In this document: in pieces, positions 28,304 through 38,298 of the stretch
Numbering within the stretch: the stretch's first letter is position 1
How the letters are laid out: the number at the start of each line of letters is the position of its first letter
Assembly (NCBI GenBank): GCA_965223545.1
Contig: OZ245006.1
Coordinates: 1,568,001-1,632,000 of the forward strand
Length of the DNA stretch: 64,000 bases
Reading direction: 5' to 3'
From: Planctomycetota bacterium
GTDB lineage: Bacteria; Planctomycetota; UBA1135; UBA2386
Position numbers and translations under genes: made by a program
The notes under the pieces: generated by a model
The model's input: the letters and a program-made list of their open reading frames with translations, nothing else
The model's database searches: none
Told to the model about the DNA's origin: nothing

Positions 28304-29911
28304 TCACTGCGTCGACAACACCATTGCGCCGACCGATGTCGTGCGCGTTTGTCGGGTCGCTTGCGATTGTTGATGCATCAGGCCGACCTCCAGACCGTCG
28401 ACGCCCGTCAGGGTCCACGCCCGCCCGGTCGCCGGATCCAGAGTGAGCACGCGAGCGCGCAGGTGAAAAGCGCTGCCGCCGTCACCCGGGGCGCTGTCGG
28501 TGTCGACGCCGCCCGACCGCCAGCGCAACGCACTCGCGGTGTATGATCCCACCATGCGGCGCACCGCCGCCACCGGGCGCACGGCGAGGACTGCCCCACC
28601 GATCCCCAGCGCCGCTGTGTCCTGCAGTGCGTGCGTGACCGCGGTCCCCTGGCCCAGCGAGTCGTTGACCGAGGCATCGCCATCATGCGGCCAGTCGGCG
28701 ACCGCGTTGAACGAGCCGTTCCAACCGACATGGCTGCCGACGGCGTTGGGTCGCAACAAGCGCACGCGACCGTCGGTCGGGAGGGCGTTGTCGGCAATCT
28801 GCACGTCGTCGTAGAAGTAGTCCGCGAATCCGCCGTTGCGCGCCGAACGCCCCAAGTGGACCCGCGCCGCGATCTGGTCGGAGCAGCTCGCATCGGCCAC
28901 CGCGACCTCGACGTTGCCGTCCACCAGCAGCTCGAGTCGCGTGGCGGGCCCTGAGCCGACCCGCATTCCGATGCGGTACCACTGATCGGGCACCAGGACC
29001 GTGCTGCCGATGTAGCGCGTCGCCGAGGCATCCTCGACGCTCAACACGCCGCTCGGCTCGATCTCGAGCCGCGCCTTGGTCGCCGACGTGCCCGTGACCT
29101 CCGCGATCCGAACCCGCCCACTGGACGCGGCGTAGCGAAAGTGGAAGAGCAAGAACGTGTCGACGAGACCGAGGTCGCCGTCCGGCATCGCGGCGACGTC
29201 GTCCCGCTTGATCGTCGCGTAGCCGTACTCTCCGGTGTTGGTCGTCGAGCGCATCGCGAAGCCGCCACTGCGCGCGACAGCGCTCTGCACCGAAACCGTC
29301 GAGCTGACGAACGAGAACTCGCTGGCGTCACCGGTCTCCATGCCGGCGAACTGAACGATGTTCGCCGTCGGCTGTGGCGGTGCCACGGCAAAGGTGCAGA
29401 TCGCAAAAAACCCGGGCGACAGCGGAGTCGCCGCCGGACTGCACCCGACCAACGGCCCCGTGCTGGTGTCATAGATCAGCGACCCCGCCGGCACGGAGCT
29501 GGCCCCGGGAGGCGGCACGGCGGGCCAGGCCAACGGCACGCCGACGTTGCCGTGCACGGTCAAGCCGGTCGGCCCGACCGTACCCCGCCACGGCGTTCCC
29601 GCCTGGACCGTCGCGCCGAGCTCGACGTCGCGATTCCACGCGCAAGAGTTGGGCTCGAAGAACAGCAAGACCTCGACGTTCAATTGCACCGGCAGCAGGC
29701 TCAGCGCCGGCGGATAGAAGTTGGCGAGGTGGTGGGCAGGCTGACCGTTGACGCGGGGCACCGGGTTGTAGATCAGGAGCGCCGGCGAACCGTTCCAGTC
29801 GGGCAACACGTCGAAGCGGTTGCCGTTGAGATCGAGATTGAACGGAAAGATCGGCCCCGCCTGGGCAGGCAGAGCAGCGGCCACGACGCAGAGAGCGATG
29901 GCGCGACTCAT
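28304..29911 (-). CDS. Secreted multidomain protein with a concanavalin/LamG-like central domain
   Basis: Signal peptide MSRAIALCVVAAALPA|Q. FAGMETGD..F, WYRIGMRV, LLVDG, FYDDVQI pattern. Start may be 29932 or 29938. Confidence 0.7.
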   Translation of the reverse strand: MSRAIALCVVAAALPAQAGPIFPFNLDLNGNRFDVLPDWNGSPALLIYNPVPRVNGQPAHHLANFYPPALSLLPVQLNVEVLLFFEPNSCAWNRDVELGATVQAGTPWRGTVGPTGLTVHGNVGVPLAWPAVPPPGASSVPAGSLIYDTSTGPLVGCSPAATPLSPGFFAICTFAVAPPQPTANIVQFAGMETGDASEFSFVSSTVSVQSAVARSGGFAMRSTTNTGEYGYATIKRDDVAAMPDGDLGLVDTFLLFHFRYAASSGRVRIAEVTGTSATKARLEIEPSGVLSVEDASATRYIGSTVLVPDQWYRIGMRVGSGPATRLELLVDGNVEVAVADASCSDQIAARVHLGRSARNGGFADYFYDDVQIADNALPTDGRVRLLRPNAVGSHVGWNGSFNAVADWPHDGDASVNDSLGQGTAVTHALQDTAALGIGGAVLAVRPVAAVRRMVGSYTASALRWRSGGVDTDSAPGDGGSAFHLRARVLTLDPATGRAWTLTGVDGLEVGLMHQQSQATRQTRTTSVGAMVLSTQ

Positions 29912-30278
29912 TCCGGAGAGCGACGCGAACATTGACATTCTTCCAGCGGACACGAAATCGGCAACTCGGAGGGACAGACGTCGGAGGTTGGGAGCCGATC
30001 GGGTCGGGGAAGAATAGCGTCGCCGGCGGTCGCGGGGGCCGGGGTCGTCCAACGATTTCCGGTGCACCGGCTGGCCGCTCCGTCCGCCGGCCAACCGGAT
30101 CGCACCCGGAGCATGTCGTAACCCCCGCTAACAACCCTCCGAACGCCCGCTCATGTTCCCCGTCTCGGCATCGGGACTCCACCGAGGCCACACCGTCTCG
30201 ATTCGAGTAGCCTGCCTCGCGCTCACCCGAATCGGGCTCCCGCCGCCACACCTCGCCCCGCCCGTCACCCCGCATCGG

Positions 30279-32180
30279 ATGATCCCGCGCCCCACCCTGT
30301 TCTCCTCCACCAGCGCCCGAGCCCTCCTGACGACGGCCCTACTCGCCGGCGTGTGCCCGACCCAACCGACCGCGCGGAGCGCGGCGGGATCGACATTCTA
30401 CGTCGCGCCGAATGGCGATGACGCCGGCCCGGGCTCGCTGCAGAGGCCTTGGGCCACCGTCGCACGCGCGGTCACCGCGTTGCGCGCAGGCGACACGTTG
30501 CTGCTTCGCGGCGGCACCTACCACGAGCGCTACATCGACATCGCGGTCGCCGGTACCGCCGATCGATGGATCACGATCGGCGCCTATCCCGGCGAGCGCG
30601 CGCGCATCGACGGCGGCATCGCCGAGTTCCGCGCTCCCGGCAACTCGGACTGGGAGCTCGTCGATGCTGCCAAGCAGATCTACCGCTCGAAGCGGAGCTT
30701 TCCCAACGCCAAGCCCATTTATGGCTACTTCGGCCCGGTCGATCGCCAGCACCGCTTGGTGACCTACGAGAGCTACGCCCCTTTCAGCACGGACAACGAG
30801 ACCTACCTCGACGTGCCACCGTACTACTACGTGGGGCCGGGGCTGTTTTGGAACCCGCTGGACGCGCGGATCTATCTGCGCACGGCGAGGACGGGCTTGC
30901 AGGGGCGATTGGCACTGCCGTTTCCGCTGGCGTCCGACCCCGCGAGCATGCGCATCGTGCTGTTCGAAAGCGCGCCGATCTTGGACTTCCAAGCGGGTGC
31001 GGCGCACGTGCAAGTGCAAGACCTCGACTTGCTACATGCGGGCTCACCGGCGCGCATCGGCACCGGCGCGCACGACATCGCCGTCCGCCGCTGTACCCTG
31101 CGCGGTGGTCGCTATCACGTCACCATCCGCGACGGCGCGCGCGCCGTGGTGCTCGAAGACCTCGCGATCGAAGACGCGGTGCCGGCTTGGATCACCTGGA
31201 CCGACGTCAAGCTCCCGCCGGTGGGCCGCCCGGCCCACTTGCTACAGGGTGCGGCGGTATGGATCGGCGACCGCGTCGACGACGTCGAGATCGCCCGCTG
31301 TCAGGTGCGCGCCGTGTTCGACGGGATCACCGCCACGCAGAGGGTGACCAACCTGCGCGTACATCACTGCCGCTTCGACGAGATTCGCGATGACGTTCTG
31401 CAGATCGGAACCGCCGGAGAGGGTCTCGAGTTCGCCTACAACGTGGCTACCCGGTGCTATTCCGGTGTGTCGCGGCACGGCAATGGCGCACCGAGCGCGA
31501 CCGCGCGCGAGACCAAGTTCATTCACCACAACGTCATCGAAACCGCCACCGCGCAGATGGTGAGCCGGGACGACCCGCGCCGACTGCTCCCGGCCAAGCT
31601 GCGGGGCCCCGCCGGCAATGGCCTCGGCTCCGGCCGCCCGTTCGGCCGCCACCGGCTGTCGTCGATCACCGGCCCCGACCCTTGGAAGATCTACCACAAC
31701 ACGCTCATCGGCACGCAGGACATCGACGCCGGCGGCCTCGGCGTGACCTACGACCTCGTGCCGTTCGACCCGGCCGCCCCGCAGGAGGTGTTCAACAACA
31801 TCTTCGTGCAAGTCGCGGACTACCACCTGGTGCGCGACGCGCGCACCGCGGACGGCTCGATGGTCATGGACGGCAATCTCTACTACCGAGTGCCGGCGAC
31901 CCCTGCCCAACCGCTGCTACGACGCTACGCCAACGGCACCGCGACCCGCCACTTCCGCACGCTCGAGGAGTTTCTGGGATCCGCGCACTGGCGCGCATCG
32001 CAGGCCTACTACCCGCCGGGCTGGGAGGCGAGCGGCGCGCACGGCGCCCCGCTCTTGGACGCGCTGTTCCGCCCGAAGGCCGGCAGTCCAGCGGCGGCGG
32101 GCGCGGTGGCACTGGCCGGCCGCCCCTGGCCGGGCTTGGCCGGCGAGACGTTTCGAGGCGCGCTGCCTCCGCTGCCCTGA
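30279..32180 (+). CDS. Secreted right-handed beta-helix (pectin lyase-like) protein
   Basis: FYVAPNGDDAGPGS..PWAT, GDTLLLRGGTY, I.AYPGE...IDG, IHHNVI, IYHNT, FNNIF, DGNLYY. Confidence 0.85.
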   Translation: MIPRPTLFSSTSARALLTTALLAGVCPTQPTARSAAGSTFYVAPNGDDAGPGSLQRPWATVARAVTALRAGDTLLLRGGTYHERYIDIAVAGTADRWITIGAYPGERARIDGGIAEFRAPGNSDWELVDAAKQIYRSKRSFPNAKPIYGYFGPVDRQHRLVTYESYAPFSTDNETYLDVPPYYYVGPGLFWNPLDARIYLRTARTGLQGRLALPFPLASDPASMRIVLFESAPILDFQAGAAHVQVQDLDLLHAGSPARIGTGAHDIAVRRCTLRGGRYHVTIRDGARAVVLEDLAIEDAVPAWITWTDVKLPPVGRPAHLLQGAAVWIGDRVDDVEIARCQVRAVFDGITATQRVTNLRVHHCRFDEIRDDVLQIGTAGEGLEFAYNVATRCYSGVSRHGNGAPSATARETKFIHHNVIETATAQMVSRDDPRRLLPAKLRGPAGNGLGSGRPFGRHRLSSITGPDPWKIYHNTLIGTQDIDAGGLGVTYDLVPFDPAAPQEVFNNIFVQVADYHLVRDARTADGSMVMDGNLYYRVPATPAQPLLRRYANGTATRHFRTLEEFLGSAHWRASQAYYPPGWEASGAHGAPLLDALFRPKAGSPAAAGAVALAGRPWPGLAGETFRGALPPLP

Positions 32181-32275
32181 TCCGCGGCGCCCCGACGGGG
32201 TCGCGTGATTTCTCGTAACGTGGGCGTCCCCGGGGCTCATTCAGGGCTTCCGTCACCTCGCCTTCCTCCACGCCC

Positions 32276-35200
32276 ATGGCCGATCCCCGCCTTCGTCCAT
32301 CTCCGTTCCGCGGCCTGCTGCTGCCCCTCGCCACCTGCACCGGGCTCTTGGCCACGGATGCCCGACTGACGGGTCAGGGGGCGGCGCTCCTCGCGGACAT
32401 CAACGTGCAGCCGGGCAGCGTGAACACCAACTCGTCGCCCTTCGGGTTCGCGGCGCTCGGCCCCTTCGCCTACTGCTCGCTGACCGGGGCCGGCGTCGGC
32501 CGCGAGCTCTACCGGACCATCGGGGCGTCGGGGACCACCCAGCTGATCGCGGACATCGAGCCCGGCCCCACCAGCTCGAGCCCGGGTGGATTGCTGATCG
32601 TCGGAACGACGGTGTTCTTCAGCGCCGAGACTGCGACCAGCGGCCGAGAGCTGTGGAAATCGGACGGCACGGCCGCCGGCACGGTGCTCGTCGCCGACAT
32701 CCAACCCGGGCCGGGCTCCAGCAACCCTTCCGGCCTGGTGACCGACGGCAGCTTGGTCTACTTCAGCGCGGACGACGGCGGCACGGGGGCCGAGTTGTGG
32801 CGCACGGACGGGACGGCCAACGGCACTTTCATGGTCGCCGACATCAACGCGGGTTTGGCGTCGTCCAAGCCGCGCGGCATGCTCTGGCTGCCCACCGGGC
32901 TCGTATTCGCCGCCGACGACGGCACCAACGGCAACGAGCTCTGGTTCTCGGATGGCACCACCGCCGGCACGTTGCAGCTGGCCGACATCGCCCTGGGCTC
33001 GGCCTCGTCGTCACCGAGCAGCTGGACCCGGCTCGGCAACCGCGTCCTGTTCACCGCGGACGACGGCGGCACTGGTCGCGAGCCGTGGATGACCGACGGC
33101 ACCGCGGCGGGGACGTTTCAGGTCGCCGATATCGCCAGCGGGCCCAACTCGTCCTCTCCCAGCCCCGGAGTGCAGCTGGGCAATCACATCTACTTCACCG
33201 CCGACGACGGTGTGTCCGGCCGCGAACCGTGGCGCACCGATGGTACTACCACGACTCTGGTCGCCGACATCAACCCCAGCGGCGACGGGCTTGGCTCGCC
33301 ACTCGTCGCTCTCAATGGCTGGCTGTACCTCTCGGCGGACGACGGCCAGACCGGCACGGAGCTGTGGCGCACCGACGGAGCCACGACCGCCCTGGTCGCC
33401 GATCTCGAGCCGGGTCCAGCGTCTTCCAGACCCGGCCGCGCGGTGGTGCTCGGGCAAGAGCTCGTGCTCACCGCCTACAACACAGCCACGGGCGAAGAGC
33501 TGTGGAAGTCCGACGGAACCGCTGCGGGCACCAGCCTGTTGCGCGACATCCGGCCCGGCACGTTGTCCAGCGTCCCCCAACATCTGTTCTCGCACCTGTC
33601 GTGGGTCCTGTTTGCAGCCAGCGACGGCACCACCGGCAACGATCTGTGGGCCACCGATGGCACCACCGCCGGCACGAACCCGCTCGACCAAGGACTGATC
33701 GAAGGCAACCAGAGCAGCTTTCCCAGCGAGATGGTCGACCTGTCCGGTGGCACGCTGTTCGTCGCCAGCGATGGCCTCACCGGGCGCGAGCTCTGGCGCA
33801 CCGACGGCACCGGCGCCGGCACGCAGATCGTGCGCGACATCCGGCCGGGCATCGCCGACTCGAGTCCGGGCAACCTGACGAGAGTCGGACGTCACGTGTA
33901 TTTCGCCGCGGACGACGGCACCAACGGGCGCGAGCTCTGGCGCACCGACGGCACCAGCTCCGGTACCGCGATGGTCGCCGACCTTTCGCCGGGCAGCGGT
34001 GGATCCGCTCCCACCGCGCTCGCCGCGTTTCGCGGCGCGCTGTACTTCGCCGCCCTCGACCCGAGCGCCGGCTTCGAGCTCTGGCGCTCCGACGGCACTG
34101 CCGCCGGCACCAGCGTCCTGGCCGACATCTGGCCGGGATCGGGCAGCTCGATTCCCGCCGGTTTGACCCCGGTCGGCGGCTTGCTGTTCTTCGCGGCTTC
34201 GACGCAGACCGCGGGCCGCGAGCTCTGGCGCACCGATGGCTCCGCGGCAGGCACCGTGCTGGTCGCCGACATCGTCAGCGGATCGGCCAGCTCCTCGCCG
34301 AGCACGTTCACGGCATTCGGCAACCTTCTGGTGTTTGCCGCCGCGGACGCCGCCGGCACCGAGCTCTGGCGGTCGGATGGCACGGCGAGCGGCACCGTCC
34401 GCGTCGCCGACATCAACGCGGGGGCATCCTCGTCGGCTCCCGGTGAGCTCACCGCCGTCAACGGCCTGCTCTACTTCGCGGCAACCGACAGCCGCGGACG
34501 CGAGCTGTGGCGGACCAACGGCACGGCGCAGGGCACGGTGCTGGTGCGCGACCTCGAAGTCGGCGCCAACAGCTCCGACCCCACCGGCCTGACCGCGTTC
34601 GAAGACACTCTGCTGTTCGCGGCCAACACCGCCGCGGCGGGCGAGGAACTCTACGCACTGCGCACCGTGACCCCGGTGCTCCTCGACCTCGTGCCGGGAC
34701 CTGCGGGATCGTCGCCACACTCGTTCACGCCGACCGGCAGCCGTTTCGCGTTCTTCTCCGCCGCGACACCGTCGACGGGCCACGAGCTCTGGGTCACCGA
34801 CGGCACTGCCGCAGGCAGCGCGATGCTGCCCGAGCTGTGGGCCGGCGGGGTCGGCTCCGACCCCGACGATCTGCTCCTGAGCGGCGGCGGTCTCGTGTTC
34901 TCCGCCAGTGACCAGCAGCTGGGCCGCGAGCTGTTCGCGCTCGACCCCGGGGCATCGGTGCAGGCCATCGACGTACCCTGCGGCCAAAGCGCGGCGACCC
35001 TGAGCGCCAAGGACCCCGTGCTGGGCACCGCCCTGCGCATGTCCGGCAACGGGGCGCGCGTGGGCGGCGCGGTGGTCGTCCTCCTGAGCTTGCCGACTCC
35101 GGCGATCCCGATGCGCGGCGGCTGCTTCTTCTACCTGTTCCCTCCGACGTTCTCGACGCTGTTCGTGCTCTCGCCAACGAGCACGGCGTGGAGTGCGAGC

Positions 35201-35326
35201 GTTCCGCTGCCGGGGCTCGCTGCGCTCAACGGTATCCAGGTCGGCGCGCAGGCCCTGGTCGCGCCGAGCACGGCCGCGCTCGGCTTCGACCTCACCAACG
35301 CGTTGCGATTGGGGTTAGGCCGCTGA
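32276..35326 (+). CDS. Secreted ELWxxDGT-repeat protein with the shared C-terminal domain
   Basis: 18 counted G.E(L/P)W..DGT-type repeats. Signal peptide ..RLTG|Q. Ends GAQALVAPSTAALGFDLTNALRLGLGR. Confidence 0.93.
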   Translation: MADPRLRPSPFRGLLLPLATCTGLLATDARLTGQGAALLADINVQPGSVNTNSSPFGFAALGPFAYCSLTGAGVGRELYRTIGASGTTQLIADIEPGPTSSSPGGLLIVGTTVFFSAETATSGRELWKSDGTAAGTVLVADIQPGPGSSNPSGLVTDGSLVYFSADDGGTGAELWRTDGTANGTFMVADINAGLASSKPRGMLWLPTGLVFAADDGTNGNELWFSDGTTAGTLQLADIALGSASSSPSSWTRLGNRVLFTADDGGTGREPWMTDGTAAGTFQVADIASGPNSSSPSPGVQLGNHIYFTADDGVSGREPWRTDGTTTTLVADINPSGDGLGSPLVALNGWLYLSADDGQTGTELWRTDGATTALVADLEPGPASSRPGRAVVLGQELVLTAYNTATGEELWKSDGTAAGTSLLRDIRPGTLSSVPQHLFSHLSWVLFAASDGTTGNDLWATDGTTAGTNPLDQGLIEGNQSSFPSEMVDLSGGTLFVASDGLTGRELWRTDGTGAGTQIVRDIRPGIADSSPGNLTRVGRHVYFAADDGTNGRELWRTDGTSSGTAMVADLSPGSGGSAPTALAAFRGALYFAALDPSAGFELWRSDGTAAGTSVLADIWPGSGSSIPAGLTPVGGLLFFAASTQTAGRELWRTDGSAAGTVLVADIVSGSASSSPSTFTAFGNLLVFAAADAAGTELWRSDGTASGTVRVADINAGASSSAPGELTAVNGLLYFAATDSRGRELWRTNGTAQGTVLVRDLEVGANSSDPTGLTAFEDTLLFAANTAAAGEELYALRTVTPVLLDLVPGPAGSSPHSFTPTGSRFAFFSAATPSTGHELWVTDGTAAGSAMLPELWAGGVGSDPDDLLLSGGGLVFSASDQQLGRELFALDPGASVQAIDVPCGQSAATLSAKDPVLGTALRMSGNGARVGGAVVVLLSLPTPAIPMRGGCFFYLFPPTFSTLFVLSPTSTAWSASVPLPGLAALNGIQVGAQALVAPSTAALGFDLTNALRLGLGR

Positions 35327-38135
35327 GCCGGGCGAGGGGCACGACCTCGCCGTAGCTCGCATCGACCGGCTCGACGACGAGGCGGTGCGCGGCGCCGTAG
35401 CCGTGCGCGGACACCACCTCGACCACGTACTCGTCGACTTCGAGTTCGAGGGCGGCCTGCCACGCTGACAGGTACGGCTCGACCGTGAAGCGGAGCACCC
35501 CACCCTGCGAGCCCCGCAGCGAGACGTCGAGGGGCCCGAACGGCGCCGCGGTCCCCGGATGCAAGAACTGCAGCACGCGCCGGAACATGCGGCGCTGCCC
35601 GCCCTCGGGCGCCACCGCCAGCAGCTCCACGGTGCCCGCATCGTGGACCTGCGCGCCGCGCAGCTCGAAGGGGCGCGATCGCCCGCCGCCGCTGCCGGCC
35701 TCGAGCCAACACGTGCCCTCCGGCAGTGCCTCCAGCTCCAGCGGGAGCCGCTCACCCGCGCCGACAACACCGAGTCGCAAGCGCCCCCAGTCGCGGTGAA
35801 CCAGGTAGATCGGCATCGGTGCGCGACTCTGAACGAGATGCGCGACGCCGCGGAGACCGGCCGTGCGCTGGTGGCGCCCCGCCACCTGCAGCTCGATCCC
35901 GTCACCGCCGGGCAGCGCCCCGCGGGCCACGGCGAGCGGCAGGGATACCGGCTCGCCATCGCGAATGCCATCGCGCGGATACACCGACAGCGTCCACGTG
36001 CGTTCGGCCTCGGTGCCCTCGACGGCAAAAGCGAAGCTCCCGTCCGCCTGCAAGATGGCGCGCTCCGTCAAACGACCGGCAGCGCGCTGCACCAACCAGT
36101 CCTCGGCCCGGCCGTGCCAACCCACGACGCGGCCATGCAGGCGGCGATACGAGCGACTCAGCTTCGCGCGCCAGGTCGCATGCCCCCCGCTGTCGACCAC
36201 CACGCTGCCCAATGCACGGCTGCCGCCGTCGGCAGACGTCGCGCTGACCCGGTGGGTTCCCGGAGTGACGCCGCGCAGCGCATAGCGTCCCGCCGCGTCG
36301 GTCCGCGCCGCGACATAGCCGAGCTCGAGCCAGGGGCGCCCGATGACGACGCGGGCCGACGGCACCGGCGCACCCGACTCGTCGACCACGACCCCACTGA
36401 CCTCGGCACAGACGGGCAACGACAGAGTCGTCCGCGCGCGCGCGCCGGCGGTGATCTCGACCTCCGCGGTCGCCACGCCGGAGGCACCTTCCGCGGCCTC
36501 GACGCGAACCCGACCGGGCGCGAGCGCGTCCACCGCGAACCGACCCTCGGCGTCGGTGCGCAACCGAATCGGCGCGGCACCGCGCACGTGCGCGCCGGCC
36601 GAGAGCTCGACCGAGGAAGCGGCGGCCACCGTGTCGATCACGCTCCCGACCTGAACGATCGCGCCCGGCCGCGGACGTCCGCGCGCGTCGACGACCACGC
36701 CCTCGAGCCGGCCAGCTCCCGCGAGCAAGGAGACCACCTGTTGTCCGCCGTCGGCGACCTGGAACACCGCCGCGCGATAGCCGGGTGCGCGCACCATGAC
36801 GTAGCCACCCCGGCGCACATAGGTCGTAAACGCGCCATCGGGCGAGCAGACTCCCAGCCGCTCGCACGGGATCCGGTCGGGGTCCGGCGCCGCCCAGAGC
36901 ACGGCGCCAGCAACCGGGCCGGCGTCGGCGACGACCACTCCATGCACGGCCACTACGTCCGCGGCCAACGCCACTTCCACCGTCGCCAGCTCGTTTCCGA
37001 CGATCTCGATCTCTCGCGTCTGGCCGGGCAGCCGCAGCAACCACCGGCCGGCGCGCAATCCCTCCATGCGCAACTCGCCGCGCGCGTCGGTGGTGCCTGC
37101 ACACGGCGCCTGGGCGGGCCTCGAGGTCGTTGGCTGCACGAGTTGTCGCGGACCCCAACGATCTTCGATCCGCGCCACCCAGTGCAGCGCGTCGTCGGCC
37201 AAGGCCTCCAGCCGAACCGGAACGCTCGGCGCCGGCGCACCGTCGCGCGCCACCCGCAGCAGCAGGCCGGTGCTGCCGGCAGCAACAGCGGTCGGCGCCG
37301 CGATCGCCACCCGGCGGCGCCAACCTCCGCCGACCGCGGACTCCGCCGCGGACACCGGATCGGCAACCCGAGCAAACCGCACCACGCCCGGCGGCGACTC
37401 CGCTGGTGGCAGCAAGACGCTGACCAGAGCGATCGTGGCACCGACGGCGGCGACACCGATCGTTGTGCGGCGCACCGCGCGCAGCTGCGAGGACTCGACG
37501 CCGCGCAGCGCTTCACCGTTCGCACCATTCGGCGTCGCGGCAGCCGCGGCGGGCTGCGCCCAGAACGCGGCGGCGAGCGCCGCTGCGAACCCGGCGGGCA
37601 GGTTGCGGCGCAACATCTCGAGGCCTCGGCTGAGCTGCACCCGCACCCGACCCGCTGGCCGCGACAGGCGCACCGCGATCTGCGCCGGCGTGGCGCCTTC
37701 GATCAGCCGTTGCTCGACCACGGCGCGGTACGGCTGTGGCAGACCAGCGACGCCACGGCGAACCGCTGCCAAGAACTCGCGCACCTCGACCTCGATGAGT
37801 GGATCAGCGCGGTCGTTCAGGCGCATGCGCTCGGGTTCGACGGAGTTGCCGCGCGCGCGCCGCACCCGCCGCACCCAGTTGTGGAGGATGCCGACGAGCC
37901 ACGGCCAAAGCGGCCGGTCGTCGTCCCAGCTGCGGGCCGATTCCAAGGCCGCGGCGAACGTCGCCTGCACGGCATCGTCGACGTCGGCGGGGTCATCGCA
38001 CAAGAACGCGGCGACCAACCTCAGTCGGGCGCCGGTACGGGCATAGATTTGCTCGATGCTGCCCGAGTCGCCGCGGTGGCGATAGCGCTCGAACAGCACC
38101 TCCAGCGACGGAGTCAGGGTCGGGGCCAGGTCCAC
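35292..38135 (-). CDS. ECF sigma-70 factor fused via a TM helix to carboxypeptidase-regulatory-like domains; paralog of 6486..8981
   Basis: SLEVLFERYR, DDAVQATF, WPWLVGILHN, LPQPYR..AQIAVRLSRPAGRVRVQLSRG, TM IGVAAVGATIALVSVLL, repeats GVVVD..G.P.P.A.V..TDA.GR(F/Y). Confidence 0.9.
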   Translation of the reverse strand: MDLAPTLTPSLEVLFERYRHRGDSGSIEQIYARTGARLRLVAAFLCDDPADVDDAVQATFAAALESARSWDDDRPLWPWLVGILHNWVRRVRRARGNSVEPERMRLNDRADPLIEVEVREFLAAVRRGVAGLPQPYRAVVEQRLIEGATPAQIAVRLSRPAGRVRVQLSRGLEMLRRNLPAGFAAALAAAFWAQPAAAAATPNGANGEALRGVESSQLRAVRRTTIGVAAVGATIALVSVLLPPAESPPGVVRFARVADPVSAAESAVGGGWRRRVAIAAPTAVAAGSTGLLLRVARDGAPAPSVPVRLEALADDALHWVARIEDRWGPRQLVQPTTSRPAQAPCAGTTDARGELRMEGLRAGRWLLRLPGQTREIEIVGNELATVEVALAADVVAVHGVVVADAGPVAGAVLWAAPDPDRIPCERLGVCSPDGAFTTYVRRGGYVMVRAPGYRAAVFQVADGGQQVVSLLAGAGRLEGVVVDARGRPRPGAIVQVGSVIDTVAAASSVELSAGAHVRGAAPIRLRTDAEGRFAVDALAPGRVRVEAAEGASGVATAEVEITAGARARTTLSLPVCAEVSGVVVDESGAPVPSARVVIGRPWLELGYVAARTDAAGRYALRGVTPGTHRVSATSADGGSRALGSVVVDSGGHATWRAKLSRSYRRLHGRVVGWHGRAEDWLVQRAAGRLTERAILQADGSFAFAVEGTEAERTWTLSVYPRDGIRDGEPVSLPLAVARGALPGGDGIELQVAGRHQRTAGLRGVAHLVQSRAPMPIYLVHRDWGRLRLGVVGAGERLPLELEALPEGTCWLEAGSGGGRSRPFELRGAQVHDAGTVELLAVAPEGGQRRMFRRVLQFLHPGTAAPFGPLDVSLRGSQGGVLRFTVEPYLSAWQAALELEVDEYVVEVVSAHGYGAAHRLVVEPVDASYGEVVPLARLSGLTPIATRW

Positions 38136-38225
38136 TCAGCGGCATCATAGACGGTCGGGCAGACACCACCACTCCCCCGCTCGCGCGGGGCGCAGAGGCC
38201 TCCCAACTGCCTCGGGGGGGACGAC

Positions 38226-38250
38226 GAACCGGTCCGCCCCATCGATCGTA
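38226..38250 (+). promoter_or_regulatory. Putative ECF sigma promoter, GAAC-N17-CGTA
   Basis: GAAC at 38226-38229 and CGTA at 38247-38250, in the divergent gap between the ECF gene and X2. Confidence 0.55.
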
Positions 38251-38298
38251 AACGAGGGTAACCTCTCGGCTTCAACCCTCCTCTCCTCCCGCCAGCCA

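Noticed and set aside
32400..34950. Periodic GAGCTCTGGCGCACCGACGGCAC-like DNA repeats resembling a CRISPR array
   Set aside because: They are degenerate, in-frame ELWxxDGT protein repeats about 140-150 nt apart, with no cas genes nearby.
38214..38220. G7 run just upstream of the putative ECF promoter as a phase-variation tract
   Set aside because: Too short to be notable at this GC content, and outside the -35/-10 spacer.
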